Shown: piece by piece, positions 18,476-26,957 of the stretch
Layout: each line of letters begins with the position of its first letter
How positions within the stretch are numbered: the stretch's first letter is position 1
DNA from: a candidate division CSSED10-310 bacterium
Lineage (GTDB): Bacteria; CSSED10-310; JAFGJC01
DNA: 64,000 nt
NCBI GenBank assembly: GCA_016927905.1
Contig: JAFGLW010000013.1
Location: 159,810 to 223,809 of the forward strand
Reading direction: 5' to 3'
The notes under the pieces: generated by a model
Database searches by the model: none
The model's input: the letters and a program-made list of their open reading frames with translations, nothing else
Told to the model about the DNA's origin: nothing
Program-made: the position numbers and the translations under genes

Positions 18476-20857
18476 TTAATGCCAGCCGAACGAGAACATC
18501 CCGTAATCACCGAACAACTGTGTGATACCCGGGTCGGTCATGGCAGCGTACCACAGGATTCCCGTTGCTGAGCCGACATTGCCAGGCCATGTGAAACTGG
18601 GCAGCACGTTCAATGTCGCCCTGCCGGGAGTGATCGCCAGCGTGTAATGGTCGAATGCTCCGAACGACGGCGCGAAGAACAGCAGCCCGTAGACATCCAG
18701 AATCACGAACACCGGAATGTCGGTGTGGGTTTCACCGCCGGGATTGCAGATATAGACATCACAAAAGCACACGTCACCCGCGGTGAAATCGGTCTGAGGC
18801 ATGAATACTTCGCAGCCCAGCGTGTCGCATTCTGGAGTCGCGGTGGGGGGGATTGGGGTGTCGGTGGGCGGAATGGGTGTATTTGTCGGAGCTCCGGTGG
18901 GAACCGTCGCGGTCGGCGGCACGGGTGTGCTGGTCGGGATGGGCGTGTTGGTGTTCGGGGCGGGGGTGTCGGTGGGCGGCACCGGCGTATTGGTGGGAAC
19001 ACCCGTCGGAACGGTCGGCGTGGGCGGCGCGGGGGTATCGGTGGGGGGAACCGGCGTGGCGGTCGGAGGGATCGGGGTATTGGTTGCGGGTCCGGGCGTT
19101 TCGGTGGGCGTAGGTGTGGGCAGGGTGATGCCGAAAAAGGTCATGATGTTATACAGCAGCAGGCCGGGCAGCTGCCCGCCGGCCTGCTGCATCAACCCGC
19201 CGTACTTGATGCTAGCGCCGACGGTTTTGTATGAGCCGCCATCGTAGGCTACTCCGTTGTAATAAACCGGGCTGCCGTTTTCGAGGAAAGAGAAAGCGCC
19301 AGCCAGGGGGGCGATTCGATCGATATAGCTGTTGTATGTCCCGCCGGTCTGATAATCCCAGGCCAGGCCCTCGGTAAATGATCCCGCAACACCGTTGATG
19401 GGCCCGGCATCACCGGTGCCATCCGCCAGCCCGTCGATGTGGAACAGGTCATGAAACGCGGTCTGGGCATCGTAGGCCCAGGTGTCCCCGCCCTCCATAT
19501 AGGCGTTCCCTCCGGCCTGCAGATAGGAGGCCAGGAAATCGCCGTCCGACGGGGAAAGGGCATGGTTGGTGCTGTAAACACCCAGACACACGAAAACGGA
19601 CGAATAGGTCAGCAGCGCAGACGGCATCGCCGTGCCGTAGATCACATCGGCGCTCATGTTCGTCAGTTCGTCGCGAATGACCGGGCCGGAATTGTGCGAA
19701 TTGTCCAGGTCGATGATCATTACATCGTGCGGTGCGATCACGTTCATCTCATGGTATCCGGTATCCGGATGATAGGCGGTGTTGGGCGACATGGCGACAT
19801 CCACCGCGATGATCCGATACTCGACCAGATCTCCGATATCGACCGTTCCGGTAAGCGTTGCCACGTAATCCCCGCGTTCCGTCATGGGTATCTGCTGGAA
19901 CCCGCCACCGTTGATCTGAAACTCCACGGTCGCGGTATCGATACCCTGGTTGTCGGTGATCTCCGCGGAAATGACCGGCGGCCAGAACATCGGCGATATT
20001 TCGGTCAGTGGAACATGTTCGATGGCCGGCGGCACCATATCCGGTTCGACATTGAACGAATATGTCTCATCCGGCGCACCCACTGGTATGACCCGGTTGC
20101 AGTAGTCGTTGACGACATCCAGATAGTAATACACAGTCGTTCCATGGGACTGTGTGGGGATATCGGCTGAATAGGTGTTCCCGCCGACCAGGGACATCAC
20201 CAGTTCGGTGAAGGCCGGGCCGCCGTCGGTGTTGTATGCCAGGATCGGGTAACCCGGCGCGATGGGCGATCCGGACGTGAAATCGGCTTCGATCGGAATG
20301 GGTTCATAGTTGATTTCCGTGTCCGGATGGGGTGTGTGGTCGATATTCACGACTTCCTGAAGGTTGGTTGTGATCTGGGTGATGACCTGCGCCTCGTTGA
20401 ATCCAACCACCGTATAGGTGACCTCGAAATCGCATTTCAATACCGCATTGTGGGGAACATAATGGGTGGGTCCCGGGGAAAATGCATAGTATACGACGCG
20501 GTTCGGATCGGCCAGGACCGGATGGGTCAGACCGTGTTGGTTCACCCAGGTCAGGCAGTCTGCGACACTCCGGCCGACGCCGATTGAGAGAACAACCATC
20601 CCGTCGGGACCATAGGTTTCATACATTTCCTGCAGATGCGGAGCCTCCGCAATGCAACTTCCTCAGGTCGGTGTCCAGAAGGCCAGGACGATCACCATGC
20701 CCGTATAATCGTAGAGTGATACCGGATTGCCGTAGGCATCGTTCAAGGTGAAGTCCGTGACGAAATCACCCACCTCGTAAACAGCCAGTGCCGGTGCTGT
20801 CAATGCGAGCATCGCACACAGCGCGGCAATGCCAAATGTTATACGCCGGTTTTTCAT
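18476..20857 (-). CDS. Secreted multidomain selenoprotein: signal peptide, TlpA/AhpC-like thioredoxin fold (U65-G-S-C68), Ig-like domains, Pro/Thr linker, conserved C-terminal domain (~793 aa)
   Basis: ORFs 20663..20881 and 18476..20626 are in the same frame, separated only by TGA (20665-20663): LAFWTPT-[UGA]-GSCIAEAPHLQEMYE. GAGGAGG RBS before ATG 20857. SECIS-like hairpin follows the UGA. Confidence 0.85.
18835..19130 (-). repeat. Pro/Thr-rich linker of ~7-aa TP(V/I)PPTx repeats
   Basis: [30 protein letters not shown]...; boundaries approximate. Confidence 0.85.
20631..20665 (-). promoter_or_regulatory. Putative bacterial SECIS element
   Basis: UGA-GGAAGU-UGCA-U-UGCGGA-GGC-UCCGCA-UC-UGCA: 6-bp upper stem, G-led apical loop 17 nt after the UGA, 4-bp lower stem. 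Confidence 0.7.
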
Positions 20858-20929
20858 GGTTTCCTCCTCTGGTGAATACATATCCCTAGTGTTCAGGGAA
20901 AATTCCCCACCCTTGATGAGCCCGGTTGA

Positions 20930-20958
20930 AGGTTACGGTTATTTTTTTGTTGAGTCAA
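20930..20958 (-). promoter_or_regulatory. Sigma70-type promoter for the selenoprotein gene
   Basis: TTGACT-17 nt-TAACCT. Confidence 0.5.
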
Positions 20959-20980
20959 TAGCTCAAGATATTTTCCGGTG

Positions 20981-21009
20981 TTGTATGCCCGGGGTCCGCC
21001 GCTTATAAT
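20981..21009 (+). promoter_or_regulatory. Sigma70-type promoter for the TonB-dependent receptor (leaderless)
   Basis: TTGTAT-17 nt-TATAAT, then 7 nt to ATG 21017. Confidence 0.65.
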
Positions 21010-21016
21010 CCGTTTC

Positions 21017-23335
21017 ATGTGCCGGCGGTGGCTGTTGATATCCGTTGCGGGTTTCTGCCTGCTTGCCTGTCCCGTTATCCGGGCGGCCCGGCTGACCGGT
21101 GTGGTGACCGACGCCCTGACCGGCGTTCCGGTTGAGGGCGCTGCGGTGTCTCTGCTGCCCGACTGCGCCGTTGTTTCCACCGACATGAACGGCGCATTTG
21201 CTTTCTCGAACGTCGGTCCCGGCCGGTATGAACTGGAGGTGTCGGCGCGCGGCTATTCGTCCGCGGGGCTGGAACACATCGATATCCGCCGTCGTGAAAC
21301 CGGTGTCCGACATTTCAAGATACCGCTGGAGCCGGTCAGTTATACAGCCGAGATTCTGGTCACGGCCGAACCGGTTGAAGTGCGCTTCAGAGACATCATG
21401 ACAACCGAAATCCCGGTCGAACTGCTGGCGGACGAACCGGGAGCGCTGGAGGATCCGGTGAAGAAAGTCCAGACCCTGCCCGGCGTTGCCGGTTCGGCGG
21501 ATTTCATGTCCGTTTTGTATGTCCGGGGCGGCGCATCGGATGAAACCATGCTGTTTCTGGACCGGAGCTACCTGTTGAATCCGTATCATCTGGGCGGGGC
21601 GTTCACGGTTTTTTTCGAGGATCTGGTGGACAAGGTGGAGTTTTATACGGGTGGTTTTCCAGCCCGGTACGGCAATGCCCTGTCCGGGGTGCTGGATGTC
21701 ACCTACCGGTCGGGCGATCGGGCGAAGTTCCGGGCCATGGCGGATCTGAGCCTGATCAGCGCCAAGATCCGGCTTGAGGGCCCGATACAAAAGAGCCGGA
21801 TAAGCTATCTCCTGGCTTTCCGCCGATCTTACTGGGATTATGCAGCCGAGATGGCGGACCTGGATGACGATATCGCCGCACCCTATTTTGGAGACCTGTT
21901 CGGGAAGATCACCTATTTCGCCTCCACACGCCGGATATCGCTCTCGATACTGGACGGTGCCGATGGGCTGGAGCGGTTCACGCTGGAGGATTCCGCCGAA
22001 AACCCCGATGCGGAGGACAGCACTTTTTTCTATCTGAACCGGAGCCGGCTGGTCGATCTGACCTGGGAGGAATGGTTCAATCCAATGTGGAATCTGACCG
22101 GAACCGTTTCCCATTCCATCATCGGCACCGAAGCCGATCTGACCGGTACGGACCCCATCCGGGCCGAAGCCGATATCCGGTTTCTGATGTCCGATATCCA
22201 GATCAGCCGCGAAACCGAAACGGTGCGGTATTCGACCGGCATCCAGGCGGGAAAAGCCCGGATCCGGCTGAATTCCTTCCTGTCGGATTATTGGTACTCT
22301 ACATCCGGTGCCCGTCAGAGCGGGAACGATAATCCCGGCAGATCCTCTATTCAATTTACGGAGTCCTTCGCCTTCCAAGCGATCTGGTCGGAATTGGAGT
22401 GGGCGGCTTCGTGGGACCGGCTGATGCAGGCGACTGCGGGAATCAGAGTGGACCGGTGGGAGTCGACAGGGGAGATCACGCTGGCACCCCGGCTGAACCT
22501 GATGGCGGGGATGACGGACCGGATCCGCCTGAGAGCTGCTGCAGGAATTTTCTACCAGTACCCCTATGATATTCTGGAGAGCGCCACGGTGTACGGAAAT
22601 CCCGACCTGAAATCGGAGCGAGCCAGACACCTGATCCTCGGGCTGGAAGGCGATGTCACATCGTTTTTCAAGATCCGGGCAGAGGGTTTTTACAAATGGT
22701 ATGACCGGAGTATCGTCAATCACGACACGAGAGAGGCGGCATGGGAAGCCCTGAAGCGGGGTAACCCGTTCGTCAATGAAGGACGTGGATTTGCCTATGG
22801 AGGCGAATTGTTCTGCCAGTTGTTTCCCTGGAGGTTTCTGGATGGATGGTTCACATACGGGTATTCGCTTACCCGGATCGCCAACCCGCTGCATCGGGAA
22901 AATCCCGAATGGTATTACCCGTTGCAGGACCAGCGGCACACCGCGCACCTGGTTCTGAATGTCCGGCCCCTGGCGGGATGGATTTTCTCCGCCCGGGCCA
23001 GTTTCAACACCGGCCGGCCCAATACCGAGATCACCGGCTGGGATCTCGAGCTGGACCGGGATCCGCCCCACTTTCCAATCTGGGTGGCCCGTTACGGATC
23101 GCTCAACGCCGACCGGACGGACAGCTATTTCAGGCTGGATTTACGAATACGGCGGATGAAAAGATTCCGAAACAGCGAGCTGTCGGTCTATGTGGACCTG
23201 ATCAACGTCACCAACCGGAAAAATGTTTATGTGGAGACTTACGATTCCGGGGATCCCCAGGAAACCGAGCCAGAGCCGGAACCGACATACAACCTGCCTT
23301 TTATACCGGTTTTCGGGATCGGCTATCAGTTCTGA
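21017..23335 (+). CDS. TonB-dependent outer-membrane receptor with N-terminal carboxypeptidase-regulatory-like domain
   Basis: Signal peptide; GVVTDALTGVPVEGAAV; plug region LPGV...LYVRGG...GGFPARYGNALSGVLD; C-terminal GIGYQF beta-signal. Confidence 0.9.
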   Translation: MCRRWLLISVAGFCLLACPVIRAARLTGVVTDALTGVPVEGAAVSLLPDCAVVSTDMNGAFAFSNVGPGRYELEVSARGYSSAGLEHIDIRRRETGVRHFKIPLEPVSYTAEILVTAEPVEVRFRDIMTTEIPVELLADEPGALEDPVKKVQTLPGVAGSADFMSVLYVRGGASDETMLFLDRSYLLNPYHLGGAFTVFFEDLVDKVEFYTGGFPARYGNALSGVLDVTYRSGDRAKFRAMADLSLISAKIRLEGPIQKSRISYLLAFRRSYWDYAAEMADLDDDIAAPYFGDLFGKITYFASTRRISLSILDGADGLERFTLEDSAENPDAEDSTFFYLNRSRLVDLTWEEWFNPMWNLTGTVSHSIIGTEADLTGTDPIRAEADIRFLMSDIQISRETETVRYSTGIQAGKARIRLNSFLSDYWYSTSGARQSGNDNPGRSSIQFTESFAFQAIWSELEWAASWDRLMQATAGIRVDRWESTGEITLAPRLNLMAGMTDRIRLRAAAGIFYQYPYDILESATVYGNPDLKSERARHLILGLEGDVTSFFKIRAEGFYKWYDRSIVNHDTREAAWEALKRGNPFVNEGRGFAYGGELFCQLFPWRFLDGWFTYGYSLTRIANPLHRENPEWYYPLQDQRHTAHLVLNVRPLAGWIFSARASFNTGRPNTEITGWDLELDRDPPHFPIWVARYGSLNADRTDSYFRLDLRIRRMKRFRNSELSVYVDLINVTNRKNVYVETYDSGDPQETEPEPEPTYNLPFIPVFGIGYQF

Positions 23336-24467
23336 CCGGAGTTTCGTTCCACAATTCCTCAAAGCGCCCCGCGAACCGCCCGTTTTCCATGAGCACTGCA
23401 TCGTCGGCATAGATCCGTCCTTCACGCCTGAGATCGTGAAGCAGGTCCCAGTGGATGGCGGACCGGTTTTTGCCCAGTGTTTCGGCGTAAGAGTCGCCGA
23501 GAGCGAGGTGAATCGTTCCGCCCATTTTTTCGTCGAACAGAAGATTCCGTGTGAACCGCTTGATCTCCCAGTTGGTTCCGATACCCAGTTCGCCGATGCG
23601 CCGGGCTCCGGGATCCGTGTCCAGCATCTTCATCAGGAACGATTCGTTGGTTTCCGCCGACGCCTTGGCGACCCGGCCCCGCCTGAATTCCAGCCGGATG
23701 CCGGCGGCTTCCTGTCCCAGGTAGCAGCCGGGATAGGAGAACTTGATCCAGCCGTCCACGGCGTTCTCGACCGGGCCGGTATAGATTTCACCGTCGGGCA
23801 TGTTGACCTTCCCGGAGCTTTCACAGATGATGCGGCCCTCCGTACCCAGCCGCAGATCGCACTCCGGCGTTTCAATCCTGAAAACCTTTGTGCCGGCCAG
23901 TTCATGGGTCATTTTCTGCTGACGCAGCCGCAGGTTCCGCCATCGCTCGACAGCGTCTTCGTACACCAGGAATCCGGCGTGAAATATAAAGTCGGCGAAT
24001 TCCTGGATCGACATGGCGGCGTCCTGGGCATAGGCATGAGTGGGATAGCTGGTGACGTTCCACCGGATCCGTTCCTTGCGGATTCTGCCCAGTTTCCGCC
24101 TGGCCAGGCGCACCATTTTCAGCTTCGCCGGATCCACCCAGGTCAGGGATTTGGTGTTGGGTTCCGCCGTGACATGCAGGGAAACATCCGTGTGCCTGAC
24201 ACGGAATTCATCGATCTTGTGCACGTGGGACAACTGATCGGGCCCGGCATGTCGGTAAAATATTCCGGAAGCTGTCGGGAACACCGGAGCGATCACCGGG
24301 AACGCGCCCGCCTCCAGGCAACGCCGATACAACGCCAGCATCAATGGCTCACCGTCAATCTCGCCGGTGATCTCCACCCGCTCCCCCGGTTTGACCTCCG
24401 TGCAGAAATCGACGATTACCTCCGCCCAACGCATGATTCTTGGATCCTGCCAGAACAGCTCCTTCAT
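23301..24467 (-). CDS. Aminopeptidase, M29 (aminopeptidase II/T) family
   Basis: NMPDGEIYTGP, IGELGIGTN, LFDEKMGGTIHLALG, SAIHWDL. Confidence 0.92.
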   Translation of the reverse strand: MKELFWQDPRIMRWAEVIVDFCTEVKPGERVEITGEIDGEPLMLALYRRCLEAGAFPVIAPVFPTASGIFYRHAGPDQLSHVHKIDEFRVRHTDVSLHVTAEPNTKSLTWVDPAKLKMVRLARRKLGRIRKERIRWNVTSYPTHAYAQDAAMSIQEFADFIFHAGFLVYEDAVERWRNLRLRQQKMTHELAGTKVFRIETPECDLRLGTEGRIICESSGKVNMPDGEIYTGPVENAVDGWIKFSYPGCYLGQEAAGIRLEFRRGRVAKASAETNESFLMKMLDTDPGARRIGELGIGTNWEIKRFTRNLLFDEKMGGTIHLALGDSYAETLGKNRSAIHWDLLHDLRREGRIYADDAVLMENGRFAGRFEELWNETPVRTDSRSRKPV

Positions 24468-24521
24468 CCGAACCTCCAGTGGAAAAAATGACCTGCCGGG
24501 ACACTGCTTCCCGGGCGGCTA

Positions 24522-24550
24522 ACGCTATGTCCGGAAGACGCTGATGTCAA
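24522..24550 (-). promoter_or_regulatory. Sigma70-type promoter for the aminopeptidase
   Basis: TTGACA-17 nt-TAGCGT. Confidence 0.55.
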
Positions 24551-24614
24551 GTTCGGGGAAGTGGATCGGTCTGAAAACGGGTGAACCGCTCCAGATGCGT
24601 TGTTGGAATTGAAC

Positions 24615-24643
24615 TTGCATTATTCAAGGTGATGGTTTCTAAT
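24615..24643 (+). promoter_or_regulatory. Sigma70-type promoter for the C25 peptidase gene
   Basis: TTGCAT-17 nt-TCTAAT; AAGGAGG RBS before ATG 24741. Confidence 0.5.
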
Positions 24644-24740
24644 GCCCGATTGACCGGATGGTGTCTGTTTTAAACAACTCTCCGGTATTGTCCAGATTTT
24701 GTCAGAAGAGCGTTTCTGACTCCTCAAGGAGGATTAATTT

Positions 24741-26957
24741 ATGAAGCTCAGCACAACGATTGGTTTGCTTGTATGCCTGCTGCTTTGCCTTCCGGCATCC
24801 ACAGCGGCGGAAGGCGGCTCCGCGAATTGGATTGATTTCGGGAGCGCTTTCGCAGGGAACGCTCCGGATGTCCAGGCGCAAAGTTCCTGGGACGGCATCG
24901 ATATTTGGATTCAGGTTCCGGGCGTGAATGTCCGGGATGTGAAGACAAAAAGCGGTGTTTATACCCGGCTGGCATTCGATGACGATGCATTCCGGGGAGC
25001 GATCGGATCACCCCGGATACCGGTGATTCGGAAATTCGTCGAAATTCCTTATGGAGCCGAGATCGATCTTGAAATCCTGTCGGAGGATGCCGCCACGCTG
25101 GACCTGGCGACCCGGGGATTCACCCATCCCCTCGTTCCGGTCCAGGCGCCCGTGCCGAAGCTGCCCGGAGCCCTCGAAGCTGCGCCGTTTAATTTGGATG
25201 CGTCCGTCTATGGACGGGACAGCTTTCTGGTCGGGCAGACGGTGAGAATACAAAAAATCGATGCGCTGCGCGGGTACCGGATTGCGGTGCTGGAAATCTG
25301 CCCGGTCGATTACAACCCGGTGCAAAACACGATCCGGGCGGCGGGTATGATCCATGTCCGCCTGAATCTGACCGGATCCGACCGGGCACTGACGGAAAGC
25401 CGGGCGTTGCGCTACGCCACGCCGGTGTTCGAGCAGCTCCTGTCCAATATGACCTTGAATCATGGCGCTTACCGGAATTTCCAGTTTCCGCCCGATGTTC
25501 CCATCGGGTACCTGATCATCTGCCACGACGATTATATCGCCGCCTATGATCCGTTCGTACAGTGGAAAACGCTGTGCGGCTGCGACGTGACCGTCACACC
25601 CACCTCAGTGACCGGCACCGGAACGGCCAACATCAAGAACTACATCCAGGAAGCCTATGACACCTGGACCAATCCGCCAGTGTATGTCCTCCTGGGAAGC
25701 GATACCGATACGGTCGCCTGTTTCACCGGTGAAAGCTCCGGTTCGGCGGACGACAACCAGTACAGTGAACTAGAGGGCACCGGTCACTGGACACCCGATA
25801 TCATGATCGGCCGGTTCCCCGTCCGGAGCGTAACCGATCTGGAAAACATCCTGGAAAAAGTTCTGCAGGTGGAGCAGATGACCATGCCGTCGACGGACTA
25901 TTTCAAGGATTCGGTATGGCTGGCATCCAGCGATCACAGCACGATGCTGGAAGCGACCCATGAATGGTGCTTCGACAACCATGTCTATCCCCTGGATCCG
26001 GTCAACAATACCTTCCATGCCGTTTATGAACGGCTGGGGGGCGGCACCCAGGATTTCGCCGACAACGTCGATGCAGGGCGCGGGATCGTCTGCTATTCGG
26101 GTCACGGTTACGGCAACGGTTCCGGAACCGCCAGCGTGCATTTCGTTCACGAGAATGTTTCAGCGCTGACCAACACGGATCTGTACGGGCATGTGATGGT
26201 ATTCGCCTGCGGCACCAATTTGCACGATCAGGAGATTTCCTTCGGGGAACGCTGGCTGCTGGAACCCGACAAGGGATCCGCCTCCTACTGGGGCACTTCG
26301 GACAGCTCCTACTGGGACGAGGACGACTGGGAACAGCGGGAGATTTACCGGAGCCAGCACGAGGACCTGATTCACACCTTGTCGGCAATGTATTTCTGGG
26401 GCCTGATCGAGGTTTACAATCAGGGATCGTCCAGTTCCGGATATTATTTCGATATTTACAACCTGATGGGGGACCCCTCATCCGATTTTCTCACGCGGAT
26501 ACCGCAAACGATGGTCCTGGACTGTCTGCCCACAACCACGCCGAACGAGCAGGATTTCGTTCGACATCACGGTTCGGGTGGACGGGACACCTCGGGCGGG
26601 CGCGCTGGCGGCCGTCAGCATGGGCGGCGTCCTGCTGGGGGCGGCTTATTCGGATGCGAGCGGTGTGGCCACAGTGCATTTCACCCCGCCGGCTCCCGGA
26701 TCGGCCTTGATCACCGTGACCGGTCACAACCTGATACCCCATCAGCAGGAACTGCTGATCACGGCGGCCGGCTGCGGTGTCATGGTCCTGGACGACAGCC
26801 TGTACAATTGCATCGATCTGATCACCATCCGCCTGTGGGATTCGGATTTGAATCTGAATCCCGGCGATCTGGATACGGCCGAAATCGATATCGCCTCCGG
26901 CAGCGAGCCGACTCCCGAGACGGTAATATTGACGGAAGTGTCCCCGGACAGCGGTGA
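24741..26957 (+). CDS. Gingipain-family (peptidase C25) cysteine protease, N-terminal part: signal peptide, propeptide, catalytic domain. Frameshifted after ~26559; the tail to 26957 is probably out-of-frame
   Basis: GAIGSPRIPVIRKFVEIP propeptide; IKNYIQEAY, YVLLGSD, IMIGRFPV; catalytic His (SGHG) and Cys (VFACGT); YNLMGDP. Confidence 0.85.
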   Translation: MKLSTTIGLLVCLLLCLPASTAAEGGSANWIDFGSAFAGNAPDVQAQSSWDGIDIWIQVPGVNVRDVKTKSGVYTRLAFDDDAFRGAIGSPRIPVIRKFVEIPYGAEIDLEILSEDAATLDLATRGFTHPLVPVQAPVPKLPGALEAAPFNLDASVYGRDSFLVGQTVRIQKIDALRGYRIAVLEICPVDYNPVQNTIRAAGMIHVRLNLTGSDRALTESRALRYATPVFEQLLSNMTLNHGAYRNFQFPPDVPIGYLIICHDDYIAAYDPFVQWKTLCGCDVTVTPTSVTGTGTANIKNYIQEAYDTWTNPPVYVLLGSDTDTVACFTGESSGSADDNQYSELEGTGHWTPDIMIGRFPVRSVTDLENILEKVLQVEQMTMPSTDYFKDSVWLASSDHSTMLEATHEWCFDNHVYPLDPVNNTFHAVYERLGGGTQDFADNVDAGRGIVCYSGHGYGNGSGTASVHFVHENVSALTNTDLYGHVMVFACGTNLHDQEISFGERWLLEPDKGSASYWGTSDSSYWDEDDWEQREIYRSQHEDLIHTLSAMYFWGLIEVYNQGSSSSGYYFDIYNLMGDPSSDFLTRIPQTMVLDCLPTTTPNEQDFVRHHGSGGRDTSGGRAGGRQHGRRPAGGGLFGCERCGHSAFHPAGSRIGLDHRDRSQPDTPSAGTADHGGRLRCHGPGRQPVQLHRSDHHPPVGFGFESESRRSGYGRNRYRLRQRADSRDGNIDGSVPGQR

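Noticed and set aside
20663-20665. UGA read-through as evidence of genetic code 4 or 25
   Set aside because: Many intact genes here end in TGA (atpE, atpZ, C25, namZ) and Trp is encoded by TGG. Only this UGA falls at a redox-Cys position.
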